Shown here in pieces: positions 1-12,074 of a stretch of DNA of 35,990 bases (the first letter of the stretch is position 1; every line of letters starts with the position of its first letter). Source of the stretch: Octopus sinensis (Eukaryota); the NCBI RefSeq assembly GCF_006345805.1, contig NW_021829664.1, forward strand, positions 1 to 35,990, written 5' to 3'. The notes under the pieces are model-generated. The model made no database searches, was not told the origin of the DNA, and saw only the letters and a program-made list of their open reading frames with translations. Position numbers and translations under genes: made by a program.

Positions 1-379
1 TATATATATATATATATTATATATGATAGATTGCGTGTTGTGTGACGTATAGATATGTGTGTGTAATGCACATGTTCTTTTGTCAAAATGACGTACAGAA
101 AACCTCCCGGTTACAGATGTTTCCACGAGTATTAGTAATAATTTTAATAGCTGTCTGTCGATAATTGTTATTGGTTATTCTATAACAAAAGATCCGAATT
201 CACTGATCAGACCTTAGACATGTCAGCTGTGAATTGAGGGCTTTAACTGCTTTATTTAGCTAGTTCAAGAACCGCTTAAGATGTCTCCTTGTTAGTTTGC
301 CTTTTCGGCGACGTCGATAGCAAAATCATTCAAGATAGTCGTGGAATAGAATGATGTGAAAAGAGTTAATAGTAAACAT

Positions 380-605
380 TTTTGTCGATGGTAACGATAA
401 TGGTGTTTGTGTTAACGACTGTGGTGATGTTGGTAATAGTCGTAATAGACATGGTGGTGGGGGTGAGTTGTGAAGATGTTGGTGGTTGTGGTGGTGGTGT
501 TGGTCGTTGTGTTGGTAGTGGTGGTGGTACAGACAATGACATTAGTAAGTGAAAGTACTCGTGGTGGTAGTGGTGGTGATGACGATGATGATGATGATGA
601 TGGCG
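380..605. repeat. Degenerate (GGT)n/(GAT)n trinucleotide microsatellite
   Basis: Runs of gtggtggtg and gatgatgat are seen directly. They explain the poly-V/poly-D ORF 470..748. Confidence 0.9.
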
Positions 606-780
606 GGGATAGGGGGAGTGATAGGGGGAAGTATACGTGGCAAAGGGATAATGTGCTGAAGACGCTGCCGATGGGGACGGTGGGAAAAGCTATAAAACCA
701 AATGTCCTAAAAACAACTAATGCAATGATTTATCGTGCTAAAATTTGACAGCAGCGCACTTAGTGAATTAAACAATTTCA

Positions 781-809
781 TATATGTGATGATGCACACA
801 TATATATTG

Positions 810-849
<40 letters not shown>

Positions 850-891
850 TACAGACATATATATATACATATATATATATACACACCATAC

Positions 892-925
<34 letters not shown>

Positions 926-1127
926 GCATGTATGTATATAAGTTCCAGTACAGTATATACCTATATGTGAGTGTAAAATGCCTGGGTGCATTAAAAAAAT
1001 CACATATATCTATTTTATCATATATATTTAATTATATATGCATAGGCAATAATATACGTGTATGTATGCGCCTGTATTTATATATAAGCATATATGCTCA
1101 AGCAAATATATGAATATAGATACATAC

Positions 1128-1172
<45 letters not shown>

Positions 1173-1473
1173 AACACACATATGTGTATATCATTATGTA
1201 TATAAATAGATGTACATAAATATACACATAAATTGTTTGTGTGTGTATTGGTGTGCGCATGCGTGCATTTGTGTGGCTATATCTGAGCCAGTCCGTGTAA
1301 ACGAATTCCATACACAGCTATTTGTATATATATATATATATATATATGGCAAAGGACCTGAGATAACTAGACGTATACGACGATTACACACATTTAGACA
1401 TACAAATACACACATATCCACTCACGCACACTAACACACACACTTTATATCATATATCATATACACATATATC

Positions 1474-1527
<54 letters not shown>

Positions 1528-1640
1528 TATATACTATATATATATACGTATGTATGTCTACAGAGAAGGAGAGAGAGTGAAACACACATATACACAAATT
1601 TATATATCACATGCGTGCACATAAATATACGTGTATACGC
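781..1640. repeat. Compound (TA)n/(CA)n/(TG)n microsatellite field
   Basis: Long TA runs are interleaved with CA/TG-derived degenerate sequence. Confidence 0.95.
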
Positions 1641-1824
1641 GTGTTTTCTGGTGTGGGTGGGTTTGTATTTAAGTGTTATATGGCACATAAATAAGAAAGA
1701 GACATTAAGTAATTGAAATTAAGGACAAAAATCAATTGTTCGCCATTACTATCATGGCTGTCTTGTACAGCTTTTTACTTACCTTCGCTTACATATACAT
1801 TTACGACTGCCTCCTCAAATTCCC

Positions 1825-1840
1825 TCTCACTCTGTCTCTA

Positions 1841-1895
<55 letters not shown>

Positions 1896-1965
1896 ATATA
1901 TATATATATATATGTATGCACACAGACACACACACACTCACATATAGATATGTGTGTATGCGTGT
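1825..1965. repeat. (CT)n-(TA)n-(CA)n compound microsatellite
   Basis: Seen directly. Confidence 0.95.
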
Positions 1966-2077
1966 GTAAGTTATAGGAAACAAAAGAAAAGACCACTTTT
2001 GAATACAGAACTCAATGAAATGTTTTACCTCATTTTCTTCAGATGTCTCATATAAATTTGCTCCAGATTTATGAATA

Positions 2078-2250
2078 TTGGTTTCAGATTTTGGCGCAAG
2101 GCCGGCGGTTTTAGGGGAGTGGGTAAACCGATTACATCGACCCCGGTGATCGACCCATAAAGGATGAAAGGCAAAGTCTACCTCGGTGGACATCGTCTTT
2201 CAGAACACAAAGACAAAGATGGATGAAATAACGCTAATCATTTTGTTCAG
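2078..2250 (-). mobile_element. SINE family A, decayed copy
   Basis: The reverse complement matches the family A body (gaggtagactttgcctttcatcc...ggggtcgatgtaatcg) of the intact copies at 19795 and 28683. Confidence 0.8.
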
Positions 2251-2499
2251 TATTATAACGATTTTGCCAGGTTTATAAATATCAAAATATAATAACATGA
2301 ATAAAAAAACTCTTCGGGGAAATTTGAGAGCATTCAGTAAACTAGATTCAATTTTGAAGTATTCATGTTCATACCATATTTGGAAGTCTAAAATTATTGA
2401 ATGTCAATGGACACTAGGAATATAGAGGCGAAATTTTATAACCTTTGGACCTCTCAAAGGGACAGGCACTTTAATTGTGAAAATGTATGTAATTCTAAC

Positions 2500-3130
2500 T
2501 TTACAGAGGACCAGGGTGCAGTGCAGTCAGAATGGTGCGTAACCTGGGAATCCACATGAGCAATGATGCAGCATTCGATAGGCTCATTACCAAGATAGCA
2601 ACATTATGCAGGCGAGCGGCTGATTGGATCTGAGAAGATTCAAAACCAAGAAAAAAGTATACTGCTTTAATGGAAAACATTAACTGTTGTCGCTTAGGTT
2701 GCGGCTCCCAACTATAGTCCATAGAGGGCGTCCAGCTAACAGAGGAAACTCGAAACAATCAAATGTCACTATACGTAGAAGATTGACTCGGTGCAACTGA
2801 TGCGCTACGGGGAGGGACTAAAGGAACACAGGCTCTACACCGTCGAAGAGAAGGTGCGAAGAATATGCAGCGATATACCTATGTAAGATTCTGGAGGTTC
2901 TAACCCTCAGCTTTGGAATGGAAGGATATACGAACCTTCAAACCCAGTACTGTAACAAGTTGGGTTTCAATGGCCTACAACTATTCAGCATTCAGCCCAA
3001 GAACCTCAAATATCTGCGAGGTGTAGATGTAATGTTTCTCAAAAGAACGTTTGGACAACTTTTTTATTTCGGATATCGGATGAACAACTGCATCGTAGCA
3101 GGAGATACAACGAAGGGTATCTCCTGAAAA
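2500..3130 (+). mobile_element. Decayed non-LTR retrotransposon 3' end (CR1/L2-type RT C-terminus)
   Basis: Broken frames give VRNLGIHMSNDAAFDRLITKIATLCRRAADWI, KLETIKCHYT*KIDSVQLMRYGEGLKEHRLYT, AAIYLCKILEVLTLSFGMEGYTN and CNKLGFNGLQLFSIQPKN. These match in order the post-RT region of CR1/L2-group LINEs (VRDLG...LEAIQR...YWERLKELRLYSL...IYIWKILEG...GPQLFN). Clade assignment is from memory. Confidence 0.8.
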
Positions 3131-3659
3131 TGAAAGAATAGAATGTAGACTTTGTTTAGCTAGAAGAGCGCAGATGCGTTTCAGATCTAAAATCCCTAAC
3201 TCTCTAATGAACTCTAGGTCAGAAATTTGCTGTGATTGCATGCATATATATATAAATATATTTTGAAGAATACGAAAACTCCCCCTATTCCTGACTAACT
3301 TGATATCTTTCCAAGCTTATCTTTTAAGGTTTAAGGAGGGTAGCACTTTTGCCTTTTTACTTTTTATTCTTCACAATTTAGTTTTTGTTTTTCGTTTTCC
3401 GTTTTCGGTTTTTTTAGTTTCTGCGTTTTCTATATGCTCAGTTTTTTTCGAGTTTTTTCAATTATTCAATTTTTTTGTTTGTTATGACATGTGGTTTGTG
3501 CCTGGAGAATATGTTTAGGTATTTCGCAACATATGAAACTATTAGCAGCACTTAAATATATGTATCGTGCCCTTCAAACAAATTATGTTTATCTCTCACT
3601 AAATGGAGGATATTTTAAAATTTTCATCACGGAACAGTACATGATATATATATATATAT

Positions 3660-3727
3660 ATCGATTTGCTCGACTAAAGGCGGTGCTCCAGCATGGCCGC
3701 AGTCAAATGATTGAAACAAGTAAATGA
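3660..3727 (+). mobile_element. SINE family B 3' tail fragment
   Basis: tcgatttgctcgactaaaggcggtgctccagcatggccgcagtcaaatgattgaaacaagtaaa is near-identical to the tail at 15596-15668. Confidence 0.85.
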
Positions 3728-3799
3728 AAAAAAATTACGTCAGCAATAACTTTTACTAGAAGCATCACCAATACAACATCAACACAGCTACCGTCACAA

Positions 3800-3864
3800 G
3801 AAACCTCTATCATCACTGTCATCATCATCACTATCACCATACTCATTATCATCATCATCATCCT

Positions 3865-3898
<34 letters not shown>

Positions 3899-4470
3899 AG
3901 AAGAAGAAGAAGAAGAAGAAGAAGAAGAAGAAGAAGAAGAAGCAAAGAAGAAGAAGAAGAAGAAGAAGAAGAAGAAGAAGAAAAAGAAGAAGAAGAAGTA
4001 GGTTATGTTTTACTGATAGTGACAATGACAACGATGTTGTTGTTGATGATGATGATGACGATGACGACGACGATTATGATTTTGGTGATTATGTCGGTGA
4101 TGATGATAATAATGACGATGATGAAGATGATCGTGACGATGATAATGATTTTGATAATTCTGTTGGTGGTGAAAGTCATAATGATGATAATGATAGCAAT
4201 GAAGATGGTGTGGATGGTGTTGATGATGGTGATGATGATGTTGATGAGAGTGGATATAATGGTGATCATGATGATGGTGGTACTGTTGCTATCGATGATG
4301 ACGACCACGACGATTATGATGTTGAAGATGATATTGATGATGATGATGATGACGATGACTATCATGGTGGTGGTGACGATGATGATGAGGATAACAATGG
4401 CGATCAACATGTCGATGGTGAATTCGAAATGTTTCCTAGGGTTATAACCGATATTATAAATACACATTAA
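3800..4470. repeat. Compound trinucleotide array (ATC)n-(CAG)n-(AAG)n followed by cryptic (GAT/GAC)n
   Basis: Seen directly. It generates the poly-L, poly-M, poly-I and poly-D ORFs. Confidence 0.95.
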
Positions 4471-6241
4471 ATTTGAAATCTATAATGGAAGAATAGGAGA
4501 AAAAAAATTGATAGAATACTAATAATAATAATAACAATAATAGTAATAAGATTGAATGAAAGATTACAACCTAATTCATAACTACGAGTGATATAAATAT
4601 TTAAAATGTAATTTAACTCAGCATGAGATAAATTATGAGTTTATAGGATGTATATAATTTACACTGAATATATAATGGCTAATATCTAAGCCGTTAGGCA
4701 AAAGGAAACTATACGAGAACGGGAGTGTGCGCACGCGTGTGTGTGTCACGTGTGTGCATGTGTATAGTTGCATATGTCTCTGTGGATGTGTGTTTTAAAA
4801 GGAGTTTGTTCGGAAGAACAAATTCAGATTTTGATATGTGAACTCAATACCGGTGTGCAAATTGCAAATTGTAATATTATATTTATTCAAGATACTTTCA
4901 TTAACTCATGAAAATGAAACGTTTTATTAACTTAACAGAACGTTTCATTATGCCACATGTCGAATTAATGCTTAGAAAATGGAAACAATTTTTAATACAT
5001 CGTTATTTATAAGAATATATTATGTGACGCTTCAATTAGCGGGAGAATGCAAATCAAATGAAATTACTGTTCAATATTCTCCTGGATTTATTAGGTATAT
5101 TACAAAACTCCTAGAAGTACGAAGGGAAATTTCAAGTAATTTTCATAAACTATTGTATATAGAAATAAAATAAGGGACATAACACATGTTATTACAAAAC
5201 AACTCGATGAATAGGGGCGGGTATTTTATATTTACAAGAATAGACAAATGATGTTGAAGAAATCCTGAAATATTTCGGGTTACTGAAGGAATTATTTGAC
5301 AGCCTAGTGTGATTTTAGTAGGATTTAACTGGCATAAATATGATGGCAAAAATTCGTTCATAATATAAGAAATTTAATTTTGACAGACATAATGACATAT
5401 ACATACATAAATACACACAACACATATACATATATGTGTATACATTTATATTTGTTATGTATATGTGTGTGCACGCGTGGGAGGGCGCTTATGTGCGTGT
5501 GTGCGTGTATGTATATATACATGGCTAGCGTGTAATGGTTTGGAGTTGTAAAACATGATAAATTAAAACCGAATATTGATATTTTGGAATATCTTAACTA
5601 AGAGAGATGTTATGTAAGAGATGAATATATATATGTCTATATACTATTAAAATTCACATTGAATCTTGCTTGCAAAGTGACTCAGCCAAGCTGGTGCATA
5701 ATGGGAAAATAGTATGAATTAAGTTTACCCTGAAATGTTGATACGAACAGAATGAAACAAGTTTCGCGTAAATCGGTAAAGAGGTTTTAGAAATATTACA
5801 GGTTTCCGGGAGTATAAATACTCAAAACGGTGCATAATGGGAAAATGTTCCAAAGTTATTCTTTATCCTATCAGCCAAAGAGAGTTGACAACAAAAAACT
5901 TAAGATCTATTTTTTTTACAGTAAATGTTTCTATATTCACTTTTGTTAAACACAATATTTTAAACATTTAGGAATATTCTTAACTGAATGTGATTTCAAA
6001 ATGTAAGTTATTTGTGCAGTAAGTATTTATGTTTTAGCTTTCTCTAAGCAGACAATAGTTTTGTGGGTTTTTTTATAATATTTTCAAGTGAATACCATTA
6101 AAAAATTTTTTGGCATATTTAAAAAGTGAAAATAACTTTAAAAGTAAAGCAAGTAGTTCGTAAAAAACGCGTTCGTAACTTCAGTGTGAAATAGTTTTTT
6201 CCATAAGTTCTTTTCGAGTGCATTCAACGTATCTCGCCTCC

Positions 6242-6360
6242 AAAGATTTGGCTGCTATTTCTGGCGCGTCCTGCTACCACGTAGCAGCTATTTGAGATAA
6301 AGGGCCAGAAATACGTGTTATGTGGTAACAGGGCGTGCAAGGAATAGCAGCCAAATCTTT
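6242..6360. repeat. 44-bp inverted repeat (fold-back hairpin)
   Basis: 6242-6285 pairs with 6317-6360 at 37/44 Watson-Crick positions, plus 5 G-U on the + strand and 2 mismatches. The loop is 31 nt. Confidence 0.9.
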
Positions 6361-6534
6361 CCTTTTCTAGGGAAAGGAGCTGTTTATGTATGATTTTGAT
6401 GTCATATTCGTTGAAAGCGTGCAAAATAACCTGGAAGGAAAACGAGAACCTACGAAACAAAGCTTCGTTCCTGGGAAGCTCAGAATATCCTGGTGACCCA
6501 ATATTTAATGGGTAGTCACCAATAGTGAACAATA

Positions 6535-6827
6535 TGAGATACGAAAACAAATTAGTTCAATAGGCAAACGACGGACGAAACAAATGGAAAACAGGACAAG
6601 TAACACAAAGAACGACCCTTCATCCGATGTCGTCTGTCTATCTACTCCTTATTTCGAACATTGAACGACAATATGAGTTTTTGAAGGCAGTTGCTTCCAT
6701 AAGTACCAAAATAAAATTTAATTTTATGCAGGGTAAAAGTTGGGAACAAAAACAGGACAGTGGAGACATACAAGGAAACCGAACGAAAAAAAAACATGGA
6801 GGGTCGTTAGACCAGAACGAGGGTGTA

Positions 6828-6830
<3 letters not shown>
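6535..6830. mobile_element. AT-rich interspersed element abutting a (TA)n tract (possible Penelope-derived terminal remnant)
   Basis: It has a purine-rich acaaatggaaaacaggacaag composition and a (TA)n junction like the elements at 18484 and 27690. Family assignment is inference. Confidence 0.4.
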
Positions 6831-6871
<41 letters not shown>

Positions 6872-6889
6872 CATACATATATATATATT

Positions 6890-6979
6890 CTATTATTCTT
6901 TTATATTTGTATTTTTTCAGTCGTTTGATTGTAGCCATGCTGGAGCGCCGCTTTTAGTCGAACAAATACGAACACTCAA

Positions 6980-7042
<63 letters not shown>

Positions 7043-7205
7043 CGACTAGCTTCTTTCAGTTTCCGTCTACCAAAAGCTTTCACAAGACGCCGGTCGGCCT
7101 GAGGCTACAGCAGAAGACACTTGCTCAAGGTGCCACGCCGTGGGACTGAACCCGGAACCATGTGGTTGGTAATCAAGCTACTTACCACACAGCCACTCCT
7201 GCGCC
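6890..7205 (-). mobile_element. Composite SINE family B (tRNA-like head, microsatellite, internally truncated tail)
   Basis: The - strand head has an A-box-like TGGCTGTGTGG and a B-box-like GGTTCAGTCCC. It is followed by (TA)n/(TG)n and then the gactaaaagcggcgctccagcatggc tail. Confidence 0.85.
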
Positions 7206-7848
7206 TATAGGCATAGTAGTGTTTTGAAGTGTTGAGTAAAGCACTGGCACAGTTTGGGCTACCTGGTGTCATCCGCAGTCGGGTTATATTTCCGTTGGAT
7301 CTGCTTCAGGAACACCGCAGTGTTAGTTGAAATAATAATACTAATAATTTCTTAAGTAACCAAAAGAAGGATTAGGTATTAATCTTTATTTTGTACAACG
7401 GTCGTTTCGATCCGTCCTACTACTGTCCCTTCTGAGTGGAACTCTGTTCAACAAATGTCGCATCCATTTTGCAGTTTGGGTCCCTTCAGGTACATCAATA
7501 CATAAAGATGTGTTTACCTAAAGCTCCTAAGTTTTGGCTTCCATGTTGTTATATGCACATCTGTTTAAGGAAGGAAACATTGGTACAATTTTCAATTATT
7601 ATTATCTTTCTATAATAAGAATTGCCAACATAGACAAATAACCGTTGATAAAATAAAAGATTGTAGGGTAAGTGATGGATGGACAGGAATGGATTGAGTT
7701 ACATTAGGCTTAAGAAAATGGAAGGGAAAGATATATATATATATCGATGGGTGATGCTGTTTCGAAACATATGTCGAAAGTAAAGGAAGTTATTAACATG
7801 TCGTTCACTCCATTTATATATATATATATATATATATCTATATATCTC

Positions 7849-7917
<69 letters not shown>

Positions 7918-8139
7918 GGCTAGAATGTTTAGGGTGCGAAAGGTTATTTAGCTAGCTAGCTTAGGTCGGGGTTTGTATACATACATTCTCACACACCGCT
8001 TGTACATAGATCCACACAAGGGACGATGTCCCACTCACCCATAAGGTCAATTTCGGCCGTAGTTTGTATAATTTCCTTCCAAGCACTGCTGTAAACAGCG
8101 GAAGTGGGTTAGAACGTTAAAATTTCGTGCACATGCACA

Positions 8140-8285
8140 ACAGAGTTCAAGGTCAGTCTGTGTCAAGCGGCTTCAATCTGCTTTTCATTCTTTCGGGGTC
8201 GATAAATTAAGTACCAGTTACGTACTGGGAACGGTCTGATCGACTAATTTCAGGCCTTGTGCCTATAGTAGAACGAATTATTTTG
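8140..8285 (+). mobile_element. SINE family A, decayed 3' part
   Basis: ctttcggggtcgataaattaagtaccagttacgtactggg and the caggccttgtgcctatagtagaa tail are shared with 9900-10020. Confidence 0.8.
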
Positions 8286-8734
8286 GTTGCTGTTATTATC
8301 ATTGAGACTTCTCATCATGCAAAGAGTCAAATATGCAAAGATAGAAAACCTGGAACAATATTTTAAGTAATCGACTTAGCATTTCACTCAGTTTAAGACC
8401 ACAACTGTAGAAAACATTCGCGCCATATCACTTAGCTGAAGATAATTTCCTTTCTTTCACAACTAGTCTTGTAACCTTTCAAGTAATTCATAAACTCTGC
8501 GTTTCCTTTCAGGATTGCAATATATAAAATATCTGAAGTGGGAATCTTTCCTTGGCGTTCTTCTTGTCCTTTTCTCGTGCTTTGATAACTAGTTTTTTCT
8601 ATCAAATACCGTTGTATTCGTGCTTCACGAAGTTTGTTTTTTTTTATGAAAAATACATTTTCTGTTACGTTGCTATAAAAAAAGAATTTAAAGCAAACAC
8701 CATGTTTTATGAACCTCTACTAAATGAATTATTC

Positions 8735-8865
8735 AGTGGCTGTGTGGTAACTAGCCTGATTACCAACTGCATGGTTCCGGGTTCAGTCGCACTGCGTGGC
8801 ATATTGGGCAAGTGTCTTCAACTTTACCCTTCGGCTGACCAAAGCTTTGTGAGTGGATTTGGTAG
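8735..8865 (+). mobile_element. SINE family B head
   Basis: gtggctgtgtggtaa...ccgggttcagtcgcactgcgtggcatattgggcaagtgtcttc...gtgagtggatttggtag matches the heads at 32924 and 31100-31278 (-). Confidence 0.9.
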
Positions 8866-8869
8866 CTTA

Positions 8870-9380
8870 TCTAATTTTGTTTTGAGTACCTTTCTAATGT
8901 TCCTTTTTACTCTTTAGTGCCTTTCTTTCTCATTTCTCTTTCCATTATCTTGTCTTTTTTGAGTACTCCGAGGTATTTGTATAGCTCATTATTCCATAGC
9001 GATCAAATGGTGTTGTGCCAATTTTATAAAAGCACATTTTATCTTCCGGCTTCTCCTCTTGGTTAGTACTGCGCACTTATCTACCCCAAACTGCATTTCA
9101 ATATCTTTACTGAATGAATATTCTCTATGTCTCTATAACCGAATCCAGGTCCATCTCATTTTTGTATATATCTTGAGGACATCCAGATAAATTAGGTGAG
9201 TTATTCTTACCTCGGTTTTGGCAAACTAATAAGCAGACGTGGATTTTCTCAGTATATTTGTCAGAGAGTTCAGCACAATGATGCAGAATAACGGAGTGGG
9301 CATGTCTCCTTGGAAAATACCTCAATGCATATGTCTTGAGTTTGTTGCACTGATGAACATACAATGCATATTCTGCATTA
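8870..9380 (-). mobile_element. Decayed non-LTR retrotransposon reverse transcriptase fragment, R4/Dong-like
   Basis: The - strand gives GIFQGDMPTPLFCIIVLNSLTNILRKST, ITHLIYLDVLKIY, DLDSVIET*RIFSKDIEMQFGVDKCAVL and YKYLGVLKKDKIM. These correspond to the RT motifs GIFQGDSLSP, HLLYMDDLKLY, GMEFGLDKCA and YKYLG typical of R4/Dong-clade elements. Stops and frameshifts are present. Confidence 0.85.
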
Positions 9381-9489
9381 ATTGCGAAATCACAGGTGAT
9401 ATGTAACCACTAGCTATAGTGGTTCATTTGCACATCTCCGTTCTACATTCCATTCTCTCATTGCTTTCTCCGAAAAGTTACTATTGTTA

Positions 9490-9493
9490 ACTT

Positions 9494-9534
<41 letters not shown>

Positions 9535-9561
9535 TACTACTACTACTACTACTACTACTAC

Positions 9562-9603
<42 letters not shown>

Positions 9604-9617
9604 TATCATTATTATAA
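9490..9617. repeat. (ACT)n-(ATT)n microsatellite
   Basis: Seen directly. Confidence 0.95.
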
Positions 9618-9621
9618 GTAA

Positions 9622-10320
9622 GGCGGCAAGTTGGCATAAACGTTAGCACGCCGGGCGAAATGTTCAGCGGTATTTCGACCATCGCTATGTTGTGTGTTCA
9701 AATTCCGCCGAGGTCGACTTTGCCTTTCATCCTCTCGGGGTCGATTAAATAAGTACCAGTTACGCGCTGGAGTCGATATAATCGACTTAATCCGTTTGTC
9801 TGTCCTTGTTTGTCCCCTCTGTTTTTATCCTTTTGTGGGCAGTGAAGAAATATGTGTTTCGCCCGTCGCTTCGTTCTGAGTTCAAATTCCACTGCGGCCG
9901 ACTTTGTCTTTCATCTTTTCGGGGTCAATAAATCATGTAACAGTTGAGTACTGAGGTCAATCTAATCGACTGGCCCATTCCCCAAAAATTTCAGGCCTTG
10001 TGCCTAAAGTAGAAAGGATTACTACAGCTGCTGCTACTATTACTATCATTAGTAAGGCGGCGAGCTTGCAGAATTAGCACGCTGGGCGAAATGCTTAGCA
10101 GTATTTCGTCTGCCCTTGTTTGTCCTTTCTGTGTTTAGCCCCTTGTGGGTAGTAAAGAAATAGGTATTTCGTCTGCCGCTAGGTTCTGTGTTCAAATTCC
10201 GCAGATATTGACTTTGCATTTCATCCTTTCGGCGTTGATAAATTAAGTACCAGTTGCGTACTGGAGTCGATCTAATCGACTGGCCCTCCCCCAAAATTTC
10301 AAGCAGTAGAAAGGGTTATT
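9622..10320 (+). mobile_element. Head-to-tail cluster of three SINE family A units (about 9622-9850, 9851-10022, 10056-10320)
   Basis: ggcggc(a/g)ag(c/t)tggca heads occur at 9622 and 10056. Three gttcaaattcc...gcctttcatcct...taagtaccagtt bodies follow, with some decay. Confidence 0.9.
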
Positions 10321-10348
10321 ATCATTATCATTATTATTGTTGTTGTTG

Positions 10349-10424
<76 letters not shown>

Positions 10425-10495
10425 CATCATTATTATTATTATTATTATTGGTGTTGTTGGTGGTGGTGGATGGTGTTGTTGTTGTTATTGTTATG
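10321..10495. repeat. (GTT)n/(ATT)n/(GGT)n microsatellite
   Basis: Seen directly. Confidence 0.95.
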
Positions 10496-10884
10496 TTAGT
10501 GACGGATTTATGGCTTATCAGATATATAAAAATTGAATAGAAAGTCTAATATGTGAAGTAAGTGCATTTTGTCCAGGAAAATGTGATTCCCTGGGAGAAA
10601 TATTTCAATGGTCAGAAATATTTATGAGAAAAGTTATATTGAACTGAATGGTTTACAGCTCGTTGAAGTGAGGCATTTAAAATACATCACATACATAGAT
10701 ATATGTATATGTGTATGTGTGTGTGTATGTATGTATGTATCAATGAAAAGGTAAGTAAAGATTTATCATTGATGTATATATTTACAACAATGTGGTGGGT
10801 TAGAAATTAGTTCTCTGTTCAGAAAAATATCCGAAAGTATGCATACACACACACATACATAAACACACGCCACACACACACACA

Positions 10885-10937
<53 letters not shown>

Positions 10938-10940
<3 letters not shown>

Positions 10941-11148
10941 AGCGTAGCTATGTGGTAAAAAGTGGTTTCGCAACTACATTGTCCCAGGTTCAGTCCCACT
11001 GTGTAGTACCTTGTGCAAGCAAGTGTCTTCTACTTAGCCTAGAACCGACCCAAAATTCGAGTGGATTTGATAGACAGAAATCAGCTGTATGTGCGCATAT
11101 ATATATGAATATATATATGTATGTATATATATATATATATATATATAT

Positions 11149-11185
<37 letters not shown>

Positions 11186-11418
11186 CGTGATGACCGTGAC
11201 CGACCAGGCTATCAGATGTTGCTACACATCGCTGGTCACAATGCTCTTCGCATTGTTTTCGCCTTCAAATGACGCCTCCTCGCTGGCTAAGCGAGCAGGC
11301 CAATATATATATATACATATGTATGTGTGTGTGTTCGTGTGTTTGTGTATGTATGTGTCTGTATGTGTGTGTGTGTGTGTGTGTATGTGTGTGTGTGTGT
11401 GTATGTGTGTGTGTGTGT

Positions 11419-11456
<38 letters not shown>

Positions 11457-11637
11457 TTCTCCACTGCTTCAAAACTGGTGTTGGTATGCCTACGTCCCCT
11501 TAAGCTAGCGGTTCGGCTAAAGAACCGACAGAGTAGATATCAAACTTTAAAAATAAGTACTGGTGTCGATTCCTTCGACAAGTTCTTCAATGTGGTGCCC
11601 CAACATGGCCACAGTCTAGTGACTGAAACAAGTAAAA
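10938..11637 (+). mobile_element. Composite SINE family B (head 10938-11090, microsatellite core, tail 11462-11637) with a nested family C fragment
   Basis: The head is gctatgtggtaa...caggttcagtcccactg and the tail is cctacgtcccc...taagtactggtgtcgat...atggccacagtc...gactgaaacaagtaaaa. The (TA)n/(TG)n core between them contains 11182-11303. Confidence 0.85.
11182..11303 (-). mobile_element. SINE family C 3' fragment
   Basis: tcaccgtgatgaccgtgaccgaccaggctatcagatgttgctacacatcgctggtcacaatgc...gctggctaagcgagcaggcc matches 14053-14175. Confidence 0.9.
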
Positions 11638-12074
11638 TTTACACTCACACACACATACATATATACATACATATATACAGAGGGAGAGAGGGAGAGAAAA
11701 TGAGAGAGTGAGGAATGTATGCATCCATACATATGTGTGACGTGTTTTTTGTGTATATACAAGTATACACACAAACACACACACATATATTTAAAGAACG
11801 ATAATGAATACATTAAATGTTATATCCAGTTATGTTTTCGACTATATAATTCAATATATTTTATCATATTATAATTTGGAATTTAGTGTAATTAAATATT
11901 AAAATAATTTTATTTTTTTGCGTATTGATTCATTTTACATGAAAAATTATAATTTAATTACAATGTCTCAATTCTTAGTAAAGAAAGATAAGACGCAACT
12001 TAGCCGGTATCGAAAAGTGTATCAGTTCTCTCTAATACTTACCTGTTATCTACCTTGCAGGGCTTTTTTCTACG

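Noticed and set aside
4003-4470. Poly-Asp, poly-Met and poly-Ile ORFs resembling acidic biomineralisation proteins
   Set aside because: All frames on both strands are open because of (GAT)n. There is no signal peptide or splice context.
6224-6550. 108-aa minus-strand ORF with normal-looking composition
   Set aside because: It has no recognisable domain, starts at a non-ATG codon, and spans the inverted repeat and a repeat-element edge.
7381-7445. Minus-strand ...CGAAACGACC...AATAAA resembling a Penelope terminus or hammerhead 3' half
   Set aside because: The 5' core (CUGANGA) is absent and no stems could be formed. It is too weak to call.
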